Shown here: one piece after another, positions 7,535 to 15,877 of the stretch
Layout: each line of letters begins with the position of its first letter
Position numbering within the stretch: the stretch's first letter is position 1
Assembly (NCBI RefSeq): GCF_008065095.1
Contig: NZ_CP042911.1
Span: 4,500,001-4,532,000, forward strand
Length of the DNA: 32,000 nt
Reading direction: 5' to 3'
Source: Gemmata obscuriglobus
Lineage (GTDB): Bacteria > Planctomycetota > Planctomycetia > Gemmatales > Gemmataceae
Translations under genes and position numbers: made by a program
Notes under the pieces: model-generated
What the model saw: only the letters and a program-made list of their open reading frames with translations
Database searches by the model: none
What the model was told of the DNA's origin: nothing

Positions 7535-10500
7535 TCACTTCCCGACGCTTCGGAGGTACGCGAACAGATCGGCCATGTCCTGAGGCATTAACTCCTTCTC
7601 CAGTCCCGTCGGCATGAGTGAGAGACCGGTCGAACGCAACGTCGCGATGTTGGAGCGGAGGATCACATCTTCCTTTCCGTCGGCTCGTCGTATCGTGATG
7701 CTCGTCGGCGACTCCGACGCGACCACACCATTCAGCACACGGTCATCGGCGGTCACGACGTTGTAGGACACATAACGCGGGTCCACCTCGCGGTTCGGGT
7801 CCAGAACGGCGGCGAGCAGGTCTTCGCCCGACTTGTTCGGCAGAGCGGCGAGCAAGTTGGCCCCGACGTCGAAGCCGACGCCATCGAGCTTGTGGCACGC
7901 GGCGCACGACTTCTTGAACACCCCCCTGCCCTTCAGCGCGTCGCCCTTCAGTTCGAGCGCGGTCGCGTACTCCTTAATCACCTTGGCCCGATCGGCACTT
8001 GCGGCGAGTTTGAAAACTGTTAACGCCCGCGCGCGGACGCCGGCATTGGGGTGCGCCTTCAGTTGCTGAACTTGCTCCAGTGCGAACTCGGAATGGGTAA
8101 CGGTCTTAGCCTCAACAGCGTCCAGTAGTTTTGCAATCCGATCCGGACGGCCGAGCAGCGCATCAAGCGCCTCGCGGCGCAGGGCCGGGCCGTAGCTCGC
8201 CCAGTTCTTGAGCAACAAATCAGCGACTTTAGGATCGGTGTGGGCCGCCAGCGCGCGAACCGCCGCCGCTTGCACGTCGCCCGGCGTTGCAGGCGCCAGC
8301 GCGGCGATCAGAGCATCTCCGGCCGCATCGAACGGCCCATACGCGAGCAGCGCGGCACCGGCGATTCGGTTGGCCGATGTGGCGTTCTCGTCGCGCAACG
8401 CACTCGCAGCGGCCTCGAACCGCTTGCGGAGCTTCTTGAGGGCGTCTGCGGCTCCCGCAGGCGGCTTCTGCCACCACGTGGGGAGCGGCGCGGCGGAGGC
8501 CCGCATCCCCTGCCCCAGCCCGTCGAGGACCGCAACCTCGCACCCGCGCGCGAGCGGTCGTTCGGCAACCAATTCGAGCACCAACCCGACCTCCTGCGCA
8601 TCACCCCGAGCGCCGATCATTGCGGCGACTCGGGTCGTCAGCGCGAGGTCGGGCTGGCGGTCGGGCCGCGTCAGCACCTGCAGAAGGTGGAAGCCGTACT
8701 CACGAGCCGAACTCAGCACGGCCGTTACCGTCCACGGATCACGAGCATCTTTGCTGAGAATCTCCTCGAGCACTCGCACCGCGTCCGTTGTGGGCAACGC
8801 GCCTGCCGTCAGAGCGAGTTGGAACCGAACCCGCGGAGACGGATCGGTACGCAAGGGGGTCACGCGAAGGCAAAGGGTCGGCGAAGTCCGGAGGAATTGC
8901 TCCGCGAGACGGAGCGCCTGCTCACGAACGCCGGGCTCCGGATCGGCGAGCGGATCGTACAGGTCGGTAGCTTCCAGCGCCCCCAGCCCGTCGAGAACCC
9001 AGAGCAGGTTCGCACGACCGGGAGTACCGACCGCCTTCGGCAGCAGTTCGCGGACGCGCGCGACGGCCTGCTTGTCCTGCCGTTCCACCAGAAGCCGTTG
9101 CGCGGTGAGCCGGTGCCACGGGTTGGTGGCGGTCAGTTCCTCGGCCAGTTGCTTGGGGGCCATCGCACCGAGATCGGGTAACTTCGCAGCCGTAAAGTCC
9201 TTCGGTGCGATGCGCCAGATCCGGCCCCGGCCGCGACTTTCCAGGTTCAATTGTTTCTTGATGTCGTCCGGCAGCGAGAGCGGCGTTTCGATGGCCTCGC
9301 GGTAGAAGTCGAGTACGTACATCGCGCCGTCCGGCCCGACGCTCAACTGCACCGGGCGGAACCAGTTGTCCGTGGACGCCAAGAACTCGCGATCCTCGTA
9401 GGCGCGCACGGCCTTGAACGCCGCGCCGTTCTCCCTCAGCAACTCACGGTGAACAAGGTTGTTCGCCGGGTCACAGACGAAGTTGTTGCCGCGATACTCG
9501 TTCGGCAGCAGGTCGGCGGTGTAAATGAGGGGACTACAGCCGGAGGTGATATAGCCCCCGGGGACCAGTTCCGTCGAAGGGAAGCGTTTCGCGTCCGCGC
9601 CTCCCGCGCGTCGGGTGGTACGTTCGACCCGCCACGGTTCGAACGGGCTGATGCGGAACACCTTCGCGGCGGCCCCGTGCTCGGGGATGTCGAGCGTCAC
9701 CGCGGAGACCGCCAGGGCCGGGTTGCGCTTCAGGTAATGATCGGGGAGCACGATTTGTCGCAAGTGCTGGCTGTTGGTCGCGGTGAACCAGCGCTGGTAG
9801 TCGTCCGCGCTCAGCCCGTACTGACCGCCGGAACTGGTCGGTTCGAGGCTCGCCGGCAAGTCGGGCTTGAACCGCAGGCCGCGGTTGCGGAGATTGACCG
9901 CCGGGGCGTCCGGCATCTGCCCGGACTTCACGATGCCGCCGTCGCTGCCACAAATACCGTACACCCAGTTGTCGAGCCCCCACTGAAGGCTGTTCAACAT
10001 CTGCTGAATGTTCGCAAGGTAAAAGCCGGTGTAGAGCACGGTCGTTTTGTCGGCCTTGCCGTCACCGTCGGTGTCTTCGAGGTACAACAGGTCCGGAGCG
10101 ACGGCCACGAGTAGGCCGCGCTTGTAGGGCTGCACGCCCATAGGGAACCGCAAGTCCTCCGCGAACGTCGTGACCGTCTCGAAAATCCCGTCCCCGTCCT
10201 TATCGACAAGGCATTTGATTTTGCCCCGTGTTTCGCTCCCCGTTCCAACGCCGCCGTTCGGATAACCGCGCATCTCGCAAACGAAGAGCCGTCCCTTCTC
10301 GTCGAACGCCATCGCGACCGGGTCCACGATCGCGGGCTCCGCTGCAACTAATTCGGCCTTGATCCCATCGGGCAGTTTGAAAGTCGCGAGTTCTTCCTTG
10401 GGGTCGAGAGGGCCGGGCGGCTTCGGAAGTTCCCCGACCGCGGCCGCCAGACTCTTGACCTTGCCGACAATGGCGTCTTCAATGGCCGGGCTCCACTTTC

Positions 10501-11782
10501 CGGGCATCCCGTAGTAAATCTGTGACGAATCCGCCTCGTATCCACCTTCCTTGAGCACACGAGCGCTGGGGATGTACGACATCACGTCGTTCGCGTAGCC
10601 CATGACCCACAGCGCGCGGCTCGTGGGGACATCCTTTTTGAGTCGCAGTAAGTAGTCCACCACGACCTCGCCACCGAGCGCCACCCAGAGCACCTGATCG
10701 CCGAGCGCCCACGCCTGCACCGGGTAGTGCGGGTAGATGTCGGCGATCTTCCCGTTCGCTTCGAGCTCTTTGATTAACCGCTCGGCGCGTTTCTGAACGG
10801 CGAGCGTTTTGCTCAGAACGTCCGCTCCCAACTGGGCTTTTGTGGGTACGGAGTCGAACTTGAGCGTGATCTGCTCGTATTTCGCAGAAAACTTCCCTTG
10901 GATGGGCTTCGCACCCTTAACGGCCGCGGTGACCGCGTCGGCAAGCTCTTTGCCGTACTGCTCGCATTGCTCGATCTTCCCGCGCGGGAGCGGGTTGGCG
11001 TCGGCACCGCACCCGGCCCAGAACATCCCGTTGGCACCGGGGAACGCCTTCTCGACCGCAAGTTGTGCGAACCCGGCGTAGTCGCCGCACCACTTGTTGA
11101 AGCTCAGTGTGGTGTTGTGACAGGCGTACCCGAACACCACCGCTAGCGGCGCACCGTCCGTCCCCTCGGCGACCAGCACCGGAACCGTGTGGTCGACCGG
11201 CCCGGCAGGGTTGCGCCCGTTGACGACGCCCTTCTCCGTCGGCTCACGTCGGTTCGCCGCGAAAGTCGCCTTGCCCGCGCCGTACTTGAGCACCGCGGGC
11301 CGGCGCTTCTCGATCGCCGAACCGATGAGATCGACTAATCGGAGTTTCAGCTCATCGGTGTATGCCTCGATCTTTCTGCTCTCTTCTTTCGTGAGCGGGT
11401 ACATGTCGATTAGGTTCTCACGAACCACAGGCCCACAGTGGGTGTGCGACGCGCTGAGGACGAGTTCCTCGCGCCTGACCCCGAACCGTTTCTCGGCCTC
11501 TGCGGCTACTGCGGCCCCCAACAAGCGCGGGATGCCGATCAGATCCGTGGTAACGAGCACGAGCCGCTTACCGCTAGCATCTTCAAGGCACAGTGCTTTC
11601 GCGTGGAGGGCGTGTACTTGGCCCTCAGCCGGCTTGGTACGGGCAGCGTAGCCGGCCATCCAAATCGGCTCGCGCGGCGTAATGTCTGTTGCCGCCACGC
11701 CGGCCTTAAATTGCGACTTGTCGTCCGCCGCCAGCGGTACCGCGAGGGTGAACGTGAGTATGAGTGTCAGCAGCGCCTTCAT
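7535..11782 (-). CDS. secreted multidomain protein: neutral/alkaline-ceramidase-like N-domain fused to a PVC-type heme-binding module (dehydrogenase-like beta-propeller, HEAT repeats, C-terminal cytochrome c)
   Basis: Signal peptide MKALLTLILTFTLAVPLAA. Ceramidase-N-like motifs GVAATDITP, WMAGYA and SASHTHCGP within aa 1 to about 445. Membrane-bound-dehydrogenase-type start FKLPDGIKAELVAAEPAIVDPVAMAFDEKGRLFVCEMRGYP from about aa 468. Long Ala/Leu-rich HEAT-like region. CAACH heme motif is encoded at 7892-7906 (checked on the reverse complement). Confidence 0.85.
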   Translation of the reverse strand: MKALLTLILTFTLAVPLAADDKSQFKAGVAATDITPREPIWMAGYAARTKPAEGQVHALHAKALCLEDASGKRLVLVTTDLIGIPRLLGAAVAAEAEKRFGVRREELVLSASHTHCGPVVRENLIDMYPLTKEESRKIEAYTDELKLRLVDLIGSAIEKRRPAVLKYGAGKATFAANRREPTEKGVVNGRNPAGPVDHTVPVLVAEGTDGAPLAVVFGYACHNTTLSFNKWCGDYAGFAQLAVEKAFPGANGMFWAGCGADANPLPRGKIEQCEQYGKELADAVTAAVKGAKPIQGKFSAKYEQITLKFDSVPTKAQLGADVLSKTLAVQKRAERLIKELEANGKIADIYPHYPVQAWALGDQVLWVALGGEVVVDYLLRLKKDVPTSRALWVMGYANDVMSYIPSARVLKEGGYEADSSQIYYGMPGKWSPAIEDAIVGKVKSLAAAVGELPKPPGPLDPKEELATFKLPDGIKAELVAAEPAIVDPVAMAFDEKGRLFVCEMRGYPNGGVGTGSETRGKIKCLVDKDGDGIFETVTTFAEDLRFPMGVQPYKRGLLVAVAPDLLYLEDTDGDGKADKTTVLYTGFYLANIQQMLNSLQWGLDNWVYGICGSDGGIVKSGQMPDAPAVNLRNRGLRFKPDLPASLEPTSSGGQYGLSADDYQRWFTATNSQHLRQIVLPDHYLKRNPALAVSAVTLDIPEHGAAAKVFRISPFEPWRVERTTRRAGGADAKRFPSTELVPGGYITSGCSPLIYTADLLPNEYRGNNFVCDPANNLVHRELLRENGAAFKAVRAYEDREFLASTDNWFRPVQLSVGPDGAMYVLDFYREAIETPLSLPDDIKKQLNLESRGRGRIWRIAPKDFTAAKLPDLGAMAPKQLAEELTATNPWHRLTAQRLLVERQDKQAVARVRELLPKAVGTPGRANLLWVLDGLGALEATDLYDPLADPEPGVREQALRLAEQFLRTSPTLCLRVTPLRTDPSPRVRFQLALTAGALPTTDAVRVLEEILSKDARDPWTVTAVLSSAREYGFHLLQVLTRPDRQPDLALTTRVAAMIGARGDAQEVGLVLELVAERPLARGCEVAVLDGLGQGMRASAAPLPTWWQKPPAGAADALKKLRKRFEAAASALRDENATSANRIAGAALLAYGPFDAAGDALIAALAPATPGDVQAAAVRALAAHTDPKVADLLLKNWASYGPALRREALDALLGRPDRIAKLLDAVEAKTVTHSEFALEQVQQLKAHPNAGVRARALTVFKLAASADRAKVIKEYATALELKGDALKGRGVFKKSCAACHKLDGVGFDVGANLLAALPNKSGEDLLAAVLDPNREVDPRYVSYNVVTADDRVLNGVVASESPTSITIRRADGKEDVILRSNIATLRSTGLSLMPTGLEKELMPQDMADLFAYLRSVGK

Positions 11783-13086
11783 TCCTTCCCCTTTCCTTCG
11801 GGCTTCAACAGCTTCCGGATGGCAGCCAGGAGCAGTTCTTCAGAACCTGGGCCGGACAGAGCGACGGTCGGCTCGTATCCGCCTTCGAGGTAAGCTTTTG
11901 CAGTGGGGATGTAACCCGGCCCGTCGTCCCCGTAGGCCGCGACATTCACCACCGCGTCGGGGCGGAGTTTCTGCGCGGCGAGTTGATACTCGACGAATGC
12001 CTCGCCGGGCAGAAATAGCGTCTGGATCGCCCCGCCAAAACTCAGGCAACTGACTTCAACAGGCACATCCTGGCGTGCGAGCCATGCGAGTTGAAATGCT
12101 GCGTTGTTACGCTTGGCGGCCGTCGCCTTTGGGTCGTTCAGCACCTTGGTGCTCTCCGCTTCACCGAACGCAGCCTCTTTGCGCGGCGGCAGTATCACGG
12201 ACTCGAACCGCCAGCGCCAATCCGTTACGGGCGTGGTACGGGTCGCCTTCCAGGCCGACGCCATTGCGGTGTGTACGCGGTCACGAAGAACGACCCGGTT
12301 TTCTTTGGAGCCGTCGTTGTACTTCCCGGCCGTCACGTTTCCGCCGCACCCGTTAAAGTACATCTGGAACACCTTAGTTTCGTCCTGAAGCTTCTGCCGC
12401 GCGAGGCCACAAAAGTCCGCACTCACCCGCCCATCGCCGTAGTAACTCATGGGGTGACAGGCGTAAAAATGCAGTCCCGCGAGTGGCTTCTCCCCGTCCC
12501 AAAAGCTGAGCGTTCGCAGTTTCGGATCGATCATCCCCTCCGCCGCCTCGCGCGCCTCCTTACTCTTCGTCGCGCTGGTACGGGTAAACCTGACTTTGCC
12601 GTCGTCGCCCAGAACGCGGCGATTCGACGCGACCTCTTTTACCTCCGCGAGGCCGGTCCCGACGTGTGTAAACCGGACGGCCTTCATGAGCGACGTGCTC
12701 AGCGCTTCTGCTGACGCAGTCACGCACCGGTCGAAGAACTTCAGGTCAAGTGATGTGGGGGCCTTCGCCGCAGCGATCAGCTTTTCTGCCCCGGTGTCGG
12801 CGAACGGAGCGTTATGCGGGTGAACGCAGTGGAGCGAAACGTACTCCGGCGTGGTGTGCGCGGCGTCGGCGAGCGCCTTGCGCCACGTTCGGAAGGCTTC
12901 GTTGCGAAGGCCGGTCCAATCGACCGCGCACAGAACCACCGGTTTACCCGCGCCGAGCAACACAATGCCGAGCGTTTTCAGAGGGTCGTCGACGCCACGG
13001 ACCGGTTCGATCCAACCGCCGCACAGCGGGTGGCCTTCCGAAGGGGTGACATCGCAGGAGAACGTCGCAAGGTGGAGTGCCGGCAT
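11779..13086 (-). CDS. ceramidase-N-like hydrolase-fold protein (distant paralog of the N-domain of the downstream megaprotein), no obvious signal peptide
   Basis: The motif order parallels the ceramidase-like domain: FSCDVTPSEGHPLCGG, VVLCAVDW and SLHCVHPHNAPF. Its TGA overlaps the ATG of the downstream gene as ATGA (11779-11782). The family call is by pattern only. Confidence 0.6.
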   Translation of the reverse strand: MPALHLATFSCDVTPSEGHPLCGGWIEPVRGVDDPLKTLGIVLLGAGKPVVLCAVDWTGLRNEAFRTWRKALADAAHTTPEYVSLHCVHPHNAPFADTGAEKLIAAAKAPTSLDLKFFDRCVTASAEALSTSLMKAVRFTHVGTGLAEVKEVASNRRVLGDDGKVRFTRTSATKSKEAREAAEGMIDPKLRTLSFWDGEKPLAGLHFYACHPMSYYGDGRVSADFCGLARQKLQDETKVFQMYFNGCGGNVTAGKYNDGSKENRVVLRDRVHTAMASAWKATRTTPVTDWRWRFESVILPPRKEAAFGEAESTKVLNDPKATAAKRNNAAFQLAWLARQDVPVEVSCLSFGGAIQTLFLPGEAFVEYQLAAQKLRPDAVVNVAAYGDDGPGYIPTAKAYLEGGYEPTVALSGPGSEELLLAAIRKLLKPEGKGKE

Positions 13087-13133
13087 GGAGCACCGGGTGG
13101 CGGGGCGGGTGAAAACGGACCCGCATTATGCCA

Positions 13134-14102
13134 TCAGTCGAGCGGCTTGTCTGCCACCATCTTGGCGCTCTCAGTTGCAGGCGTTCGGCGTGGCAAGTAC
13201 TGCCACACCAGTGCGAGCAGGATCAGACCGCCGCCGCAGAACATCCACACGTTCGGGGTGTCTTTTTCGGGCGTGATCAGGTACGCCCACACGGGGTTCA
13301 GTAACGGTTCGAGAAGTGTGATGATCGCCGCTTCTTGCGGAGGAACCGCACGCAAACTGCGTGTGAACAGCCAGTACGGAATCGCCATCTGGACCGCGCC
13401 GAACACAACAAGCACCCCCACCTGACGAGCCGTCGGAGCCGTCACCCACGTTCCGAAGGCCGCCGGCCCGTCGCTCAGGAGTACGAACGCTCCCAAGGTG
13501 GCTGCGGTGCCAAGCAAATTGAGTGCGACCAGCCAGGCGGACGAGTACGCACGCAGCGTGCGCAGGAACAGTACCACAACCGCGTAAGTGATCCCGCTGC
13601 CAACCCCCATCATCAAAATGACCGCTTGCGTTTGCTGTTCCGCTGGAGGAAGGTCTCGGGGCCAGTTCCCGGCCACAATTACCACCGCACCAGCGGCCCC
13701 GAACAGCACCGTTTCCCAGCCACGCCGGCTGGCGGATTCGTGCAGGAAAAGGACCGCAAACACGTACACCCACAATGGGGCGGTGTTTTGCAGGAGAATC
13801 GCGTTCGCGGCCGGCCCCAGATCTAATGCCGAAAGGTACAGACCACTCATGACCGTGAACACAACCATCATCACGGCCATGCGCGGCCGGAAGGTCATTT
13901 CAGAACGGGCGACCAGCGCCAACACAAGCAGGCCCCCGAACAGCCCGCGGTAGAACGCGACCTGGAGCGGCGTGAGAAGTGGTGCGTCCAGTCCCAGTCC
14001 GAGCGGCTCGCGCAACAGGCGCATGAACACGCTCCCAGTGCTCCAAAGCACGGCAGCGATAATCAGCAACCCGCGTGCGTGAGAGTGAGATTCGGCTGTC
14101 AT
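13134..14102 (-). CDS. DMT superfamily (EamA-like) transporter
   Basis: About 10 hydrophobic segments and two EamA-like halves (LLIIAAVLWSTGSVF, AANAILLQNTAPLWVYVFAVLFL, LVVFGAVQMAIPYWLF). I prefer ATG 14102; the ORF is open to TTG 14117. Confidence 0.8.
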   Translation of the reverse strand: MTAESHSHARGLLIIAAVLWSTGSVFMRLLREPLGLGLDAPLLTPLQVAFYRGLFGGLLVLALVARSEMTFRPRMAVMMVVFTVMSGLYLSALDLGPAANAILLQNTAPLWVYVFAVLFLHESASRRGWETVLFGAAGAVVIVAGNWPRDLPPAEQQTQAVILMMGVGSGITYAVVVLFLRTLRAYSSAWLVALNLLGTAATLGAFVLLSDGPAAFGTWVTAPTARQVGVLVVFGAVQMAIPYWLFTRSLRAVPPQEAAIITLLEPLLNPVWAYLITPEKDTPNVWMFCGGGLILLALVWQYLPRRTPATESAKMVADKPLD

Positions 14103-14153
14103 TCCGGGCGCGTCCAAAACGGCCGCAACAGAGTGACGCGGTCGAGAAAGAGA

Positions 14154-15473
14154 TTATTGGCCAGACACGTCGGAACGGCCATGCACGGGCACAGAATCGG
14201 TCTGCACAACGCGGTACGGAGGTGGCGTGCCAACCGTCATCCCCAACCCGAGCCGCGCGTGGCCGGTTAGCATCGTGAGCACCACCGCCCCGCCTCCGAT
14301 CACCCACGGCCAAAGACTCAGTTGCGGCCGCGGAACAGCGGTTAGGGGCGGATCAGGAGCATCGCCCTCGTCAGCACCCGAGGGTCGGCGGGACATCGGC
14401 GGGTGATCTGCCCGCGTTTGCATCTCTAACGGCGGAGCGTCACCGACCGGTTGGAGATCCCCGTGCGTAAACGATGGCAGCGTCGTGGCCAAACCTGTCG
14501 CATCGAGCGCGCGAACGAGTTCGTCGGCGCGCTGCACCCGCGCCCGCGGATCACACGCCAGCATCGAGTCGACCAGATTCGCAACGGCGGCCGGCACCCC
14601 CGGCACCAGAGCTCGGACCGGACGAAACGAGCCGTGCGCTTTCTCGCGGATGACCTCGTCGTGGGTCGCGCCAGAAAACGGCACTTCACCTGTCAGCAGG
14701 TGGTAGAGCGTGGCGCCGAGCGCAAAAATGTCGCTCCGCCCGTCCACCAGGTTCGCGTTCACCGCCTGCTCGTAGGGCATGTAATACGTAGTACCGACGC
14801 CCTGATTGACAGCCGTGAGTTGCGAATCGTCGTTGAGCCGCTTTGCCAGCCCCAAGTCAGCGAGTTTCGCCCCGCCGCTCGGATGGAGCAAGATGTTGTC
14901 CGGCTTTACGTCCCGGTGGATGTACTGGCGCTCGTGCAGGAAGGCCAGCGCCTGCGCGATGTCGATGCCGATGCGCACAACCATACCTACCGGGAGCCGG
15001 CCGAGGCGGACCAAAGCGCCGTGTGCGGTGGGACCGTCGATGTATTCCAGAACCAGATAGTGCTTGCTGACCTCGGGGTCGAACCCCGAAGCGTACCCTT
15101 GCACGACGGCGGGGTGTTCGAGAACGCGACTCAACCGAGCCTCACGGTAAAACCGGCCGACGAACTCGGGTTGCCCCGCCAGGTGATCGGCCAAGAGTTT
15201 GACCGCCACCGGTCTGTCGGTGACGACGTCGTAACTGTGGTACACGGCGCTCATGCCACCCTGACCGATCTGGCGGAGCAACCGGTATCCGGCTACGGCC
15301 CGCAGTGCCGCCGGCACGTTCGCGTCGCCCTCCGTCATCGGCGCACCTCCTGGTACCCGAAGCGACCGTACCTTGAGACCGGACGGCGCCTGGTAGAATT
15401 TGTTGCGCACGACCGAACCCGCTGCGAACCACTCATCCCATGAAGCAGCCGAGCGGTCAATGTCCGCAGTCAC
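14154..15473 (-). CDS. Hanks-type serine/threonine protein kinase with C-terminal membrane anchor
   Basis: Gly-loop IGQGGMSAVY, VAVKLL, catalytic HRDVKPDNILL, DLGLAK, and GTTYYMPYEQ. A hydrophobic WPWVIGGGAVVLTMLTG segment lies near the C-terminus. Start is ambiguous between GTG 15473 and ATG 15338. Confidence 0.9.
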   Translation of the reverse strand: MTADIDRSAASWDEWFAAGSVVRNKFYQAPSGLKVRSLRVPGGAPMTEGDANVPAALRAVAGYRLLRQIGQGGMSAVYHSYDVVTDRPVAVKLLADHLAGQPEFVGRFYREARLSRVLEHPAVVQGYASGFDPEVSKHYLVLEYIDGPTAHGALVRLGRLPVGMVVRIGIDIAQALAFLHERQYIHRDVKPDNILLHPSGGAKLADLGLAKRLNDDSQLTAVNQGVGTTYYMPYEQAVNANLVDGRSDIFALGATLYHLLTGEVPFSGATHDEVIREKAHGSFRPVRALVPGVPAAVANLVDSMLACDPRARVQRADELVRALDATGLATTLPSFTHGDLQPVGDAPPLEMQTRADHPPMSRRPSGADEGDAPDPPLTAVPRPQLSLWPWVIGGGAVVLTMLTGHARLGLGMTVGTPPPYRVVQTDSVPVHGRSDVSGQ

Positions 15474-15877
15474 TTACACGTCTTCGATGTCTTTCGCTTT
15501 CACCGCTAACGGATTTGGAACCGTCGGCGTTGGTTCGCGAGTCGTCCGCAAGTTATTTGCCCCGAACCGGCCCTAATCGTCGCGCTTTCTCGACTTTACT
15601 TCCGTGAGAACCGAATTGTGGCCCTGCAACCTGTACGACCACAAGGCGGCAAGGGTTCCCCTAGCTCAGCCAGGGCAACACCGCATCAGAGCGGCGTTCG
15701 GTTTGGCAGCACAACAAATTTCTGCAGTCGGATCGAGCGAGTGATATTTGGTTGCGACGGGCGGTGTTCCCGTGTCACTCGTTATAGTCGAATTCGGCAC
15801 TTGAGTGGGATGAGTTCCCCGTGAATGCGCAATGCGACGGTGCCTATGGGGCAGAATATATACAAGCAACGGCGCCG

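Noticed and set aside
15650-15720. tRNA-like string TAGCTCAGCC within the 404-nt non-coding region upstream of the kinase
   Set aside because: I could not fold a cloverleaf. There is no matching acceptor stem, no D-stem closure at the right spacing, and no T-arm (a GTTCGGT is present, but its flanks are not complementary). It is probably a chance match. The region remains unexplained 5' leader or promoter DNA.
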